Assembly (NCBI GenBank): GCA_963708075.1
Contig: OY970194.1
Coordinates: 5,920,001 to 5,984,000 of the forward strand
Direction of reading: 5' to 3'
DNA from: Sedimentisphaerales bacterium
Lineage (GTDB): Bacteria > Planctomycetota > Phycisphaerae > Sedimentisphaerales > Anaerobacaceae
Length of the DNA stretch: 64,000 nt
Positions 10,514 through 21,739 of this stretch are shown in pieces (the stretch's first letter is position 1; the number at the start of each line of letters is the position of its first letter). The position numbers were made by a program, and so were the translations under genes. The notes below the pieces were generated by a model. The model was not told the DNA's origin. It saw only the letters and a program-made list of their open reading frames with translations, and did not search any database.

Positions 10514-11497
10514 ATGGCAACACATTTGTGCGGACGATTCATTCTTCTCTCGGCACTCGTGGCTTTGATGACATCCGGGGCTCTGGCCGATCCGTTCATG
10601 GGCGAGTACACGGGGACATTCTATGCCGACAGCGTAACGCAAGTGCCCGCCACGGCGGTTGTCGTCGCCGAGAGCGAGCACGACTGGCGGATCGTCATTG
10701 AAGCCGTCAGCACCGAGCGCGACCGACAGGGGGCTCGCATCGAGGTCTATGGCAACCTGCAGGGCCAGGGCGTGGATATCTCCTATCCCAGCGGCGGCTA
10801 TCGATGGCATGGCGGGATCCGGGGTGCACATCTCTCCGTCGAAAGCGAGTACGGGCAGCATTTCGAGCTGGACAAGATCGTGCGCAAGAGCCCCAATGAA
10901 GGCTTGGAGCCGCCGGCCGGCGCGGTCGTGCTGCTGCCGTACAAGAAGGGCGTCAAGCCGGACCTGAGCGCCTGGACCAATCAGAACTGGGAGCCCTTGG
11001 ACAATGGCGCGATGCGGGTCCGGCAGGGCTCCAGCACGACAAAGGAGAAGTTCGGGGACATCAAGCGTCTGCACCTGGAATTCTGGCTGCCCCTGGAGCC
11101 GGGTAATCGCGGGCAGGGCCGGGCCAATAGCGGCGTATTCCTGAACGACACGTACGAGGTCCAGGTCCTCGATTCCTTCGGCCTGGTCCACACCTCCGGC
11201 GATTGCGGCAGCCTCTACAGCATCAAACGCCCCGACGTCAACGCCTCGCTGCCGCCCGAGACCTGGCAGACGTATGACGTCGAGTTCCGCGTTCCCCGGC
11301 TCAATGCCGACGGGACTGTCAAGGAAGGCGCACGCATCACCGTCATTCACAACGGGGTCAAGATTCACGACAACGTCGAGATTCGCCGGGGGACAGCCGA
11401 TCCGAAAGCGGACCAGAAAACGACCGGTCCCATCCAGATCCAGGACCACGGCCACCCCATCCAGTACCGCAACATCTGGCTGGTCAAGGCCGAGTGA
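10514..11497 (+). CDS. DUF1080 (3-keto-disaccharide hydrolase family) secreted protein
   Basis: Signal peptide; LHLEF, NSGVF, YEVQVLDS, WQTYDVEF, QDHGHPIQYRNIW motifs. AAGGAGG RBS. Confidence 0.9.
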   Translation: MATHLCGRFILLSALVALMTSGALADPFMGEYTGTFYADSVTQVPATAVVVAESEHDWRIVIEAVSTERDRQGARIEVYGNLQGQGVDISYPSGGYRWHGGIRGAHLSVESEYGQHFELDKIVRKSPNEGLEPPAGAVVLLPYKKGVKPDLSAWTNQNWEPLDNGAMRVRQGSSTTKEKFGDIKRLHLEFWLPLEPGNRGQGRANSGVFLNDTYEVQVLDSFGLVHTSGDCGSLYSIKRPDVNASLPPETWQTYDVEFRVPRLNADGTVKEGARITVIHNGVKIHDNVEIRRGTADPKADQKTTGPIQIQDHGHPIQYRNIWLVKAE

Positions 11498-11548
11498 GTG
11501 GCACGGCGGGGCATTGCTCCTGAGAACTGGGCGGCAGGCCGCCGCTAT

Positions 11549-11599
11549 GTCATTCCCGCGAAGAGCCTGCCCTCGACCTGATCGGGGGCGGGAATCCAG
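11549..11599. repeat. GTCATTCCCGCG...GCGGGAATCCAG palindromic repeat
   Basis: Same hairpin family recurs at ~45397-45490. Confidence 0.6.
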
Positions 11600-11744
11600 A
11601 TCGGTAACCGTAGGGCTCGCAAAGGCTCGCAGAGAAGATGCAACTCATTCGAGGTGCAATTGACGAGCTACGAGATACGCCCTTTCCGCCGACTTCATCC
11701 GAAACACCGTCCTCGACCGCAGTCCGTTCAGCAGATGAGTTCGC

Positions 11745-13835
11745 TCACGCGGTAAGGCCTGACAGAGGCTGCGCCTCGAAGTTCTGCGTTAGATCGCGGA
11801 TGTCCCAGCCGCGAGATTGGAGCTTCTCTATTATCTCGGTGGCCGAATTGGTGTTCTTGCCCTGCAAACTGCTTTTCTGCATCGCCAAACACAGTAAGTG
11901 CGTTGGGCGGGTCATGGCGACGTAATGAGTTTTGAGGCGGGTCTTTTGCTCTGGTCCCTCGCTTCCTGCCCCGGATTTCGTACCTTCGAACCAGGGAAGG
12001 AGCAATTCCATGTTGTGCCGCCCCTTTCGGTCTCTCCAGTAGGTCTCCAACAGCAGAATCGCTGTGTGGGTTCTCACCCTTGACGGAATGAATCGAACCG
12101 ACCTTGATACCAACCTTCTTGGCATCTCTTGAATAGCTGTAGGTGTTGTCCGTGCCCTCCTGGCCTTGAGACGATGGTGCCGTTGAGAACCGATATCTTG
12201 TTCCATGACAAGAATTCTTGAGCCTCCACAGATGACAATGAAGCCTCGGCAATTGCTTCAGCGACACGTTTTACGACATCACACCAGCGATTCTCCCATT
12301 CCCCTTTGCTCAGAGGCTTTCGTTTCACGAGGAATCTGGAAACCAGAACCTTGTAGTATCCTTGAACGGCGAGGTTCTTCTCCAAGAGGCGCAGGACACG
12401 TCGATGGCATTGTCTGCCATAGGGAATGGCTGACTGGCTTTCTGCCATGCGAGCCAACCGAAGGATTCCCTCTGCAATCTTGTCAACCCCCGAATAGGTT
12501 TCACCAGCCACCCTTGCCCTTTCGACACCAGCAAAGACGTACTGCACAAACGTCGATGGTTGTGGGTCTCGGCTCACCAGTTCCGGATCATATCCAGACC
12601 AGTAGTCACGGATACAATGCGGAAACTTCCTGTCTTCTGAGGTATCGGGCGGTCTGTGCCTTTGACCAACAGCAATGAACGTTCCTTCGCGCAACTCCTG
12701 CCCGGAAAAGGTGTCGATCAATAGATCACCGTATGCATCTAAGACTCTGGTTATACTACCTTCGTCAAACAGAAAAACTGTATGCTGGCCCTCGGTCCCA
12801 CCAGAAGCGAGGGGATTCTTCGGTCCCTGCCCCTTCAGTCCCTCAGGAATAGGACAGGTGCCCAGTGGATCAGCCAGTCTCGCAGTGTTCTTCCCAAAAC
12901 GATGACTGTTGGGGAGGCTCTTGATACTCCCCTCCGGGAATTTGTGGTTGGCTGCCTCCTTGGCCCCCACGAAATCGAAGATCGCTTGGTTTTCATCGCC
13001 AAAACGCTGTCGAATCACAGCAATTCCCCCTTCCATGAAGACATGATGCAGGATTGAGGATTGCTCTTCGCTATTGTCCTGGGCCTCGTCGATGAACAGG
13101 AGAGGGAACCGGTCGCGGATGACACATACGATGCTGGGCAGCTTTTCAATCAGGTCGTTTGCCCACACAAACATCTCATCGTAGCAGAAGTACCCCTCAG
13201 CAGTGGACCGTTGACACACATCCCGAATAGCCATATACGTCGGTGTGCTCGTGCTGATCGTGCTGCGTGTCCTTCCCCAACGAACTTCCCCAACGTTGAA
13301 ATCAGAAGATTTGATAGATAACAGTGAAGGTGCGTATCCATTGGTTCTCAAGGGCACTCCTGGTTACAGATGGCAGAGCACTCCAGCGTTTATTCTGGCA
13401 TATCTCATCGTCGATCATTTTTATGGGATAGCCTATAGACCGTAGCCATGGAATAGCCAAGAACTCGTTCACAAAGCCATGGATCGTCCCAATGAAATGT
13501 GGATAACAGAGCAGACGTTCCCCGACAGCAGTATTGCCCAGACGCCTCTCAATCTCATGCCGAGCGACATTAGTGTGTGAAAGCACGCAGACACCATGGG
13601 TACGGTAGGCCCACTTCTTGGCCAAGATTGCGAGCTTGGCCACCAAAAGCGTTGTCTTTCCGCTGCCTGGGCAAGCCGCGACATCAATTGTCTCCATGCA
13701 TTTGAGGACATCCTGCCGTGGATCTTTCCCATCCTCCCCATAGAATGCGTCTTGCTTCAATCCCAGAAGGCTTGATGCCCAGCGAATATCATCATCCGTT
13801 ATCCCGGGAGGTTGAAATGGAGGGTCATCATTCAT
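11745..13835 (-). CDS. gajB: UvrD-like helicase, Gabija GajB (three apparent +1 frameshifts)
   Basis: ACPGSGKTT Walker A, LSHTN, GTIHGF, FIDEAQD, FGDENQAIF, SHRF, HSVKGETH (restored), YVAMTRP. Four reading-frame segments join after removing one base each at ~13347, ~12188 and ~12071. Start overlaps the gajA stop. Confidence 0.8.
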
Positions 13836-15921
13836 TTGCCGTGCTCTCACCCGACACTCCGCCTTCTCTCTTCGTTACGCTGGTTACATAGTCAATTCCC
13901 TCAACCAGATACTTGGGGAGACGCGTCCGCAGATCAGCAGGTGTCAACTTACCTTCTCCGCATTTGCTTGATAGCCGATCTGCCAAGTATTGAGCCGCGA
14001 CGGCCTTGGAGACGCGCGCATTCACAAATTTGGCACAGACACTCGAAGCGAGCACTTCCTCGGTTGTGCACCCGTCTTTGGCCTCGGTGGCTCCCTTCAA
14101 GGAAGCGAATTTCGCAATTGCTGCCTGTTCGACATTGGCAATCTCTTTCGTTCCGGCATTGATCGCATCATCATCATCAGCAAGGCAGGCAGCAATGAAT
14201 ACGTCCTCAGCCAAGCCACCGGGGAAAACCCCATTTTCGCCCTTTGGACCAAGGGAAAGATCATACTCCAATGTCCACTGATCTGACACGAATGTCTTCA
14301 CATACTGACCAGCAGCTTTAGCCCTCTTTTTCTCACGATGATCCTGCAAAGCCTTCTCATCGCCAATGTCCTTCTTTGCTCTCCACCGACGCTTGTTAAT
14401 TTGCGGCCAATCATCGCCTTCTTTGACGCTGCCAATGATCACCGGCGCACAATTTGGCATGACGTCCATATCTGTCACGCAGGCGACTGGAACATCGAGT
14501 TGTCTGTTCCTATCGTCGTCCGCAACGCCCTTTCGTCGAAAGATCTTGGCGTAACGGTGCAGGCCTGTACCCCCGACGTTGACAATGGATACACCATGCT
14601 CGGTAAAGTCTCGCTCGATAAGACTGGCCAGTGTTGGAATCAGGATGTTCTCTGCGTCACCCTCCACGATCATTACGCCGCGTGCGAAGAACAGGTTGGC
14701 CTTGGTCACATCAAGGAAGCGTTCCAAGAATCGATAATCGGAAGGCTCCAGTTCCGTTTGCCCCTCAGCCATTGAGAACGCGCGACCGTTACGTATCATC
14801 ACTATGTTATTGAGGTCAATAGCAGAGGCGAGGTTGGGGCTATGCGTGGTTATGATGATTTGAATGTTCTTTTCCTTTGCTTGCTGTTCCATGAACTGCA
14901 TCACCTGCAATTGGCGCTGGGCGTGGATATGGGCTTCGGGTTCTTCCACTAGAAGCATTTTGTTGCCCTCGTTCTCCCCAGCAACGAGAAGCAGCTCGCA
15001 GGCAATAAACAGCAGGTTGTTGGAGCCCAAGCCAGCATTCCCCAAAACATCAAGATTGAGATCAAGTTTCTCCAACAACTGCCGCAGACGTACTTCCTCT
15101 TTAGCGTCGGCACCACTGACCTCAATATTGCTCTTAAGGTCATCCGCATGAAATGACAGACTCTTGAGGTATTCGTCAACCTTGCCGCGTGCCGCGATGA
15201 CCCCTTTGTGCTGCTTGAGCAAAGCGTTGGCAAGGTCGCCTATGCCGAGGATATTCAATTCTTTCAGTTTCTCCTGATCATAGGCAATGCCAGGATCATA
15301 TTTGTGCCCCGTGCGTGTGACCTGAAGCGTGTTTTGGAGGATCTGCGACAGACGTGAGCCTCGGCCAGCACTTAGAGCCTGGTCGGCATCTCGCAAAGGC
15401 CGAAGATAGGTGGCACGCAACAACTCTCGTGCCTCTGGGGCAACGCTTGGACCGTTCCCGTCTTTTCCTGAATGAACCTCAACACGACGATACGGACGTC
15501 CCTTGTATTGTTGTCCGGTATCTGTAGCCGTCCAGTTGATATAGAGAACAGGCTTGTCATCGTCCCTTTCGCCATACGTCAGATATTCCACGAAGGTCCT
15601 CTTGTCTCGTGCGTTCAAACCCTCAAATTTACAGACGATTATGACGGTGGCGCCGCCTTCCTTCTGGTTTCGGGTATTGTGGTTATTCTCGGATTCTTCC
15701 TTGGCGGATTTTCTTGTCTCATGAAAGTCACAGTCATCCAGCCGATACCACTCCTGGTCCGTTGTTCCCAGAGCCAAGCGCAGTGCGTCTATCACGGCGG
15801 TCTTACCCGCCTCGTTCTCACCTACCAGTGCAGTCAGTCCCTGTGTCAGGGTGAGTACAAAGCGATCATCGCCCTCGCCAAAGCATCGGAAGTTCTCAAT
15901 GGTCACTTTTGAGAGATACAT
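13828..15921 (-). CDS. gajA: OLD-family ATP-dependent nuclease (ABC ATPase + TOPRIM), Gabija GajA
   Basis: MYLSKVTIENFRCF, GENEAGKT Walker A, LLVEEPEAHIH, ITTHSP, TOPRIM VEGDAE and TDMD. Coupled to a UvrD helicase; visibly lower GC than the flanks. Confidence 0.88.
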   Translation of the reverse strand: MYLSKVTIENFRCFGEGDDRFVLTLTQGLTALVGENEAGKTAVIDALRLALGTTDQEWYRLDDCDFHETRKSAKEESENNHNTRNQKEGGATVIIVCKFEGLNARDKRTFVEYLTYGERDDDKPVLYINWTATDTGQQYKGRPYRRVEVHSGKDGNGPSVAPEARELLRATYLRPLRDADQALSAGRGSRLSQILQNTLQVTRTGHKYDPGIAYDQEKLKELNILGIGDLANALLKQHKGVIAARGKVDEYLKSLSFHADDLKSNIEVSGADAKEEVRLRQLLEKLDLNLDVLGNAGLGSNNLLFIACELLLVAGENEGNKMLLVEEPEAHIHAQRQLQVMQFMEQQAKEKNIQIIITTHSPNLASAIDLNNIVMIRNGRAFSMAEGQTELEPSDYRFLERFLDVTKANLFFARGVMIVEGDAENILIPTLASLIERDFTEHGVSIVNVGGTGLHRYAKIFRRKGVADDDRNRQLDVPVACVTDMDVMPNCAPVIIGSVKEGDDWPQINKRRWRAKKDIGDEKALQDHREKKRAKAAGQYVKTFVSDQWTLEYDLSLGPKGENGVFPGGLAEDVFIAACLADDDDAINAGTKEIANVEQAAIAKFASLKGATEAKDGCTTEEVLASSVCAKFVNARVSKAVAAQYLADRLSSKCGEGKLTPADLRTRLPKYLVEGIDYVTSVTKREGGVSGESTANE

Positions 15922-16220
15922 CGCGTGCGACCCCTGTGGGTACAACTAAAGGTGTCCCGTATTCTTTCTCGCCATCCATAATCTACAACGGGCCTGCGTC
16001 ATCGCCTCACGTTCCTCTTGGGGGCGGTTGGGACCCATCCAATCCACCATTGATTATGGGTCATCGATCCTTGATTGTAAAGAGGAAAATCGAATTCCGT
16101 GGTCGCCATGCTCGATTCGGAGGGCAGCGGCAGGAGTATCGGATTGCGGATTTCGGCCGCGGATCGGGGTCCGGGGTGGCATGATTGTGGATTGCGGATT
16201 GGCGGCCCATTCGACTGGGC

Positions 16221-17264
16221 TCAGAGCTTCTTGGGGTCCAGGACCACGTGCTTGATGCTTTTGCGCTGGTAGGTGTAGGTGATGTGGACGCGGCCGTCTT
16301 TGGCCTGGATCACGGCGGGGTAGGAGTACTCGCCGGGCTGATCTTCGAGCGTCGAGACGACTTTCCACTGCTTGCCGTCGGAGGAGAGGGCGACGTTCAG
16401 GGGCGTGCGGCCTTTCGGCGTGTTGTTGAACACGAGCAGTTGCCGGCCGTCGCGTAATGTCACGGCGTCGATTCCCGAGTTCGGATTCTGCAGCTCCGTG
16501 GCGGTCAGCTCGTCCCAGGTCCTGCCGCCGTCCTTCGACCAGCACTGGCTGATGAAGCCCGTGCCCCGCGTGCGGCAGAGCATCTGGAGCCGGCCGCCGG
16601 GGTACTGCAGGATCGTCGGCTGAATCACGCCGATCTTCGCGGGGTCGTTGAGGGGACCGATGACGGTCCAGTTCTCCAGGTCCTTCGTGACTTCGAGATG
16701 GATTCGCCAGCCGGCGTTCTCGCTGCTCGACGGGCAGAGAATCCGGCCGTCGCGAAGTTGGACGGGTTTATCCTTGATCGGCCCCACGACCTGCGGGTCA
16801 AGGCGCTTGCGATTCTGCCAGGTCTTGCCGTTGTCCCTCGATGTAATCATCTCGCCCCACCATTGCGAGGGGCTCGGCCCGACCTTGAAGAACAGGACGA
16901 GCGGGCCCTTTTTCGGCTGAAAGAGCACCGGGTTCCAGCAGGGGAACCGCTTCTGCGGTGACATGACGCCATTGGCCACCTCTACGGGCTTCGCCCATGC
17001 CCCCTTGTCCAAGTGGGAAACCCAGATTCCCACGTCGCTTTCGCCCTCATCGGTGCCGGCGAACCAGGCCGCCAGCAGTCGGCCGTCGCGCGTCTCGACG
17101 ATTGTGGATGCGTGGCAGCCCGGTGTCGGCGGTGCTTCCAAGGGAAAAATCAACTCTGCACTCACCACCGCCGCTTGCGAGGCCGTACCATCGTTCGCCA
17201 TTGTCGTGATGGTCCCCCAGCCCAGGACCAGGATCAGCATTCCGAACAGTCCGTACGTTTTCAT
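16221..17264 (-). CDS. BNR-repeat sialidase-family protein (secreted)
   Basis: Asp-box repeats SRDNGKTW, SKDGGRTW, SSDGKQW; HASTIVE, WNPVLF, YSYP; signal peptide. Confidence 0.85.
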   Translation of the reverse strand: MKTYGLFGMLILVLGWGTITTMANDGTASQAAVVSAELIFPLEAPPTPGCHASTIVETRDGRLLAAWFAGTDEGESDVGIWVSHLDKGAWAKPVEVANGVMSPQKRFPCWNPVLFQPKKGPLVLFFKVGPSPSQWWGEMITSRDNGKTWQNRKRLDPQVVGPIKDKPVQLRDGRILCPSSSENAGWRIHLEVTKDLENWTVIGPLNDPAKIGVIQPTILQYPGGRLQMLCRTRGTGFISQCWSKDGGRTWDELTATELQNPNSGIDAVTLRDGRQLLVFNNTPKGRTPLNVALSSDGKQWKVVSTLEDQPGEYSYPAVIQAKDGRVHITYTYQRKSIKHVVLDPKKL

Positions 17265-17429
17265 GGCATGCCCCTCGAATCTCTCTTGCAATCACCGGCG
17301 CCTTCATCCGGCCGGCAACTATGGTAATCCCCCAGAGGCCGCGGGTAAAGCTCGCAGCTTGCGTTTTGGCGGTGTTTTCGGTATCCTGAACGTGGGCAAG
17401 GATTTTCGTGTTCCGTTGGACAAATAGAA

Positions 17430-18401
17430 GTGGCAGACACAAGAGAACCACGCATTCGCAATCAGCAGGGGACATCGCAGGCGGGCCGGGAGGAGGCTGT
17501 GTCCGGGTGCGTGTTCGACGTCAAGAAGTACGCGATCCATGATGGGCCGGGGATTCGCACGACCGTCTTCTTCAAGGGCTGTCCGCTGCGCTGCCGGTGG
17601 TGCCACAATCCCGAGAGCTGGAACCCCACGCCGGAAATGAGCCTGCGTCCGAGTCGCTGCGTTCGCTGCGGCCGGTGCGCCGAACTCTGCCCGCGAAACG
17701 CCGTATCCATTCTCGAACGTGGACCGGTGACGGACCCGGAAAGATGCACCTTGTGCGGCGCGTGTATCGACGCGTGCTCCGCGGTGGCACGGGAGATCAT
17801 CGGACAGAGAATGACGGTGGCCGAGGTGATGGCGCAGGTGAAGAAGGACACGATCTTCTACGACCAGTCGGGCGGGGGCGTGACGTTCTCCGGCGGCGAG
17901 CCGCTGATGCAGCCGGTGTTCCTGCTTTCGCTGCTGTCCGCCTGTCGGGCGGAGGGGATTCGTACGGCCGTCGATACGACGTGCCACGCCGACCCGCAGA
18001 TGATCCAACGCGTCGGCGAGATGGCTGACTTGTTCCTCTGCGACATCAAGCATATGGACTGCGAGCTGCACAAGCAGTTTACCGGCGTGGGCAACGAGCG
18101 GATTCTGAGCAATATCCGCATGTTGTCCGCTGTCGCACGAGAGATTCACGTCCGGATCCCGATCATCCCGGGCTTCAACGGCGGCCGGCACAACATCGAA
18201 CAGACCGCCCGGTTCGTGCAGTCGCTGAAGACCGTACGCAGGGTGGATATTCTGCCCTACAACCGCGGCGGCCTGGAAAAGGCCGTGCGCCTGACGGGTG
18301 AGGTCGATTTGATGCAGGGCCAGACTCCCGATGATGGTATAATGTCAGAGATTGCAGAGATCCTCAGGGGGTATGGATTCGAGGTCAAGATAGGCGGGTA
18401 A
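17430..18401 (+). CDS. Glycyl-radical enzyme activating protein (radical SAM), HypD activase
   Basis: [27 protein letters not shown], ferredoxin-like insert, [10 protein letters not shown]. Directly upstream of a glycyl radical enzyme. Confidence 0.93.
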   Translation: MADTREPRIRNQQGTSQAGREEAVSGCVFDVKKYAIHDGPGIRTTVFFKGCPLRCRWCHNPESWNPTPEMSLRPSRCVRCGRCAELCPRNAVSILERGPVTDPERCTLCGACIDACSAVAREIIGQRMTVAEVMAQVKKDTIFYDQSGGGVTFSGGEPLMQPVFLLSLLSACRAEGIRTAVDTTCHADPQMIQRVGEMADLFLCDIKHMDCELHKQFTGVGNERILSNIRMLSAVAREIHVRIPIIPGFNGGRHNIEQTARFVQSLKTVRRVDILPYNRGGLEKAVRLTGEVDLMQGQTPDDGIMSEIAEILRGYGFEVKIGG

Positions 18402-18402
18402 G

Positions 18403-20769
18403 ATGATGAACGAGCGAGTGGCGAGACTGCGGCGGCAGAGTATCGAGGCCAGGCCGTGCATTTCTTCCGAGCGGGCGGAACTGATCACCGCCTTCTACCA
18501 GAGCGATGTCCCCTTGCGCGAGTCGGTGCCGGTCTGCCGGGCGCTGGCCTTCAAGTACCTGATGGAGCACAAGACGATCTGCATCAATGAGGGCGAGCTC
18601 ATTATTGGCGAAAAAGGCCCCGCGCCCAAGGCGACCCCGACTTATCCCGAGCTATGCTGTCACAGCCTGCAGGACCTGCAGATCCTCAACGATCGTGAGA
18701 AGATCCCGTTCGCTGTTTCGGAGGACGTCCGCCGGGTGTACCGTGAGAAGATCATTCCCTTCTGGTCCGGCAAGACCATGCGGGAGAAGATATTCCGGGC
18801 GATGGACGAGCCCTGGCATCATGCGTACGAGGCGGGGATGTTCACCGAGTTCATGGAGCAGCGCTCGCCCGGCCACACCGTTCTCGACAACAAGATCTAT
18901 CGTAAAGGCATGCTCGACTTCATGCAGGACATCCAGAACAGCCTCCAGGGCCTGGATTTCTTCAACGATCCGCAGGCCTTCGCGAAGCAGCAGGAGCTGC
19001 AGGCCATGCTCATCTGCGTGAAAGCCATGATCCGCTTTGCGGAGCGCCACGCGGAGAAGGCCAGGGACCTGGCGGCGCGCGAGTCGGACCCGCAGCGCAA
19101 GGCCGAGTTGGAGCGGATCGCCGAGGTCTGCTCGCATGTCCCCGCTCATGCCCCGCGCGACTTCTGGGAGGCTCTGCAGTACTACTGGTTCGTACACTTG
19201 GGCGTGACGACGGAGATGAATCCGTGGGACTCGTTCTGTCCGGGCCGGCTGGACCAGCACCTGTACCCATTCTACAAAAAGGGACTCGAAGACGGGACGC
19301 TGACAGCCGACCAGGCCAGGGAGCTTCTGCAGTGCTTCTGGATCAAGTTCAACAATCAGCCGGCCCCGCCGAAGGTCGGCGTCACCGCCGCCGAGAGCGG
19401 CACGTATACCGACTTCGCCCAGATCAACAGCGGCGGCATGAAGGAGGACGGCTCCGACGGCGTCAACGACGTGACGTATCTCGTCCTCGATGTGATCGAG
19501 GAGATGCGGCTGGTGCAGCCCAGCTCGTCCATCCAGGTCAGCAAGAAGAATCCCGACCAGTTCATCAGGCGTGCGGCCCGGATCATCCGCACCGGCTTCG
19601 GCCAGCCCTCCGTCTTCAACTGCGACCTGATCGTGCAGGAGCTGATCCGCATGGGCAAGTCCATCGCCGATGCCCGCAACGGCGGCTCCAGCGGCTGCGT
19701 CGAAGTCGGCGCGTTCGGCAAGGAAGCCTACATCCTGACCGGCTACTTCAATCTGCCCAAGGTGCTGGAATTGACCCTGAACAACGGCATCGATCCGAGG
19801 ACGGGCAAAAGGATCGGCCTCGAGACGGGCGAGCCCACGCAATTCGGGACATTCGAGCAGCTCTTCGAGGCCTACCGCCGGCAGCTCAATTACCTGATCG
19901 ATGTGAAGATGCGGGGCAACAATATCATCGAGCGCCTGTACGCGACCTGCATGCCCGCCCCGTTCCTCTCGGTCCTGATCGACGATTGCATCGCTCAGGG
20001 CCGGGATTACCACGACGGCGGCGCCCGCTACAATACGAACTACATCCAGGGCGTCGGCCTGGGCACGATCACAGATGCGCTGACTGCCATCAAGTACCAT
20101 GTCTTCGGCAAGAAGACGATTTCCATGGCGGAACTGCTGTCTGCTCTTCGATCGGATTTCGAGGGCTATGAAGGGCTCTACCAGACGCTGCGGCAGAGGA
20201 CTCCCAAGTACGGCAACGACGACGATTACGCCGATGACGTGATGCGGGCGGTCTTCGAGACGTATTTCCAGGCGGTGGACGGCCGGCCCACGATGAGAGG
20301 CGGCCGATACCGCATCAATCTGCTGCCGACCACCGTCCACGTGTACTTCGGCTCCGTCATGGGCGCCACCCCCGACGGCCGCAAGGCGGGCCTGCCCTTG
20401 TCCGAGGGCATCTCTCCGGTCCAGGGCGCGGACCGCCAGGGCCCGACCGCGGTCCTCAAGTCCGCCGCCAAGATGGATCAAGGCCGCACTGGCGGCACGC
20501 TGCTCAACATGAAGTTCAACCCCCAGGTCCTCGAAGGCGACGACGGTCTCGAAAACCTCAAGGACCTGATCCGCGCATACTTCCGCCTCGACGGCCACCA
20601 CATCCAGTTCAACGTCGTGGACGCAGAAACCCTGCGCAAGGCTCAGGCCAAACCCGAGGAGTACCAGAACCTGATCGTTCGCGTCGCCGGCTACAGCGAC
20701 TATTTCGTCGATCTCGGTCAAGACCTCCAAAACGAGATCATCGCCCGCACCGAGCAGAAAGCGTTTTAG
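18403..20769 (+). CDS. hypD: trans-4-hydroxy-L-proline dehydratase (glycyl radical enzyme)
   Basis: RVAGYS glycyl loop, SGCVE Cys loop, and segments matching Clostridioides difficile HypD as recalled (FTEFMEQRxPGH, KFNNQPAPPKVG, ESxTYTDFA, LPTTxHxYFG). Confidence 0.88.
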   Translation: MMNERVARLRRQSIEARPCISSERAELITAFYQSDVPLRESVPVCRALAFKYLMEHKTICINEGELIIGEKGPAPKATPTYPELCCHSLQDLQILNDREKIPFAVSEDVRRVYREKIIPFWSGKTMREKIFRAMDEPWHHAYEAGMFTEFMEQRSPGHTVLDNKIYRKGMLDFMQDIQNSLQGLDFFNDPQAFAKQQELQAMLICVKAMIRFAERHAEKARDLAARESDPQRKAELERIAEVCSHVPAHAPRDFWEALQYYWFVHLGVTTEMNPWDSFCPGRLDQHLYPFYKKGLEDGTLTADQARELLQCFWIKFNNQPAPPKVGVTAAESGTYTDFAQINSGGMKEDGSDGVNDVTYLVLDVIEEMRLVQPSSSIQVSKKNPDQFIRRAARIIRTGFGQPSVFNCDLIVQELIRMGKSIADARNGGSSGCVEVGAFGKEAYILTGYFNLPKVLELTLNNGIDPRTGKRIGLETGEPTQFGTFEQLFEAYRRQLNYLIDVKMRGNNIIERLYATCMPAPFLSVLIDDCIAQGRDYHDGGARYNTNYIQGVGLGTITDALTAIKYHVFGKKTISMAELLSALRSDFEGYEGLYQTLRQRTPKYGNDDDYADDVMRAVFETYFQAVDGRPTMRGGRYRINLLPTTVHVYFGSVMGATPDGRKAGLPLSEGISPVQGADRQGPTAVLKSAAKMDQGRTGGTLLNMKFNPQVLEGDDGLENLKDLIRAYFRLDGHHIQFNVVDAETLRKAQAKPEEYQNLIVRVAGYSDYFVDLGQDLQNEIIARTEQKAF

Positions 20770-20968
20770 GGGGCTGTCCGCCGGGTTGTGTGCGTAAAGC
20801 TTTGTGGGGCAATGACTTGCGCACAAATGCCGCAGATTCCCTTGAAATCCTTCCCTCGGATGAGGTAGCATATCAGAGGTCGGCGGGCTTATCTCCTGCC
20901 GGCATTGCATAGTTTCTGGACTCTGGGGTATTTGCACAGGGTGTATGAGAAGAGCGGGGAAGTAACAG

Positions 20969-21739
20969 ATGGCTGCGGCGGGCGGCAGAAGACAACACGT
21001 ATCGAACCAGCCGTGGACCCAATCCGGGGACTGGGAAACTGTTCGGCGAAGGCTGCTGGCAAGACGCATATGCAACCTCGGGCTTCGGATCGAGGGATCG
21101 CCCGTTGAACCATGTATTCGGCAACTCAGGCAGGAGTTAGCCGCCAAGGGGCTGGATTATGCACCTGCCTTCTACCTGACCGATACCTGGGGCTGCCCGG
21201 ACAGGGTGCCAACCATTGGCATTCCCTTCTACCTGGCCAGCGCTCCGCTCGGACGCATCGAGGAAGAGCAGACGGGCTGCCTGGAAGACGTCCAGACGAT
21301 CATGCAACTGCTGCGGCATGAGACCGGGCACGCGATCAACTATGCGTTCCGGCTGTGGGAGCAGCCGGGCTGGAAGGAGGTCTTCGGTCCATTCTCCAAG
21401 CCCTACCGGGACGTCTTTCACCCGAATCCATGGAGCCGGAGATTCGTTCGGCACATTTGCAGTTGCCCCTATCGGTACACGTATGCGCAGAAGCACCCGG
21501 ACGAGGATTTCGCGGAGACCTTTGCCGTCTGGCTGACCCCGCGTTCCGGCTGGCGCCGCAAGTACCGTGGCTGGCCGGTCATCGAGAAGCTGCGGTACGT
21601 AGATCGCCTGATGCGGAAGATCTGCGGCCAGGAGCCCCGATGCAGGCGAGGAAGACTCGTCAACCCGGTCCGTGAATTGACCATGCCTCTGGCCGAACAT
21701 TACCGTCGTCAGGCCGGAAAGTATGGCAGAACGGGCTAA
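20969..21739 (+). CDS. Putative zinc-binding metallopeptidase
   Basis: LLRHETGHA (HExxH), YAQKHPDEDFAETFAVWL, IGIPFYLA. Confidence 0.75.
   Translation: MAAAGGRRQHVSNQPWTQSGDWETVRRRLLARRICNLGLRIEGSPVEPCIRQLRQELAAKGLDYAPAFYLTDTWGCPDRVPTIGIPFYLASAPLGRIEEEQTGCLEDVQTIMQLLRHETGHAINYAFRLWEQPGWKEVFGPFSKPYRDVFHPNPWSRRFVRHICSCPYRYTYAQKHPDEDFAETFAVWLTPRSGWRRKYRGWPVIEKLRYVDRLMRKICGQEPRCRRGRLVNPVRELTMPLAEHYRRQAGKYGRTG

Noticed and set aside
18652..21147. 831-aa minus-strand ORF
   Set aside because: Antisense to hypD, a typical high-GC shadow ORF.
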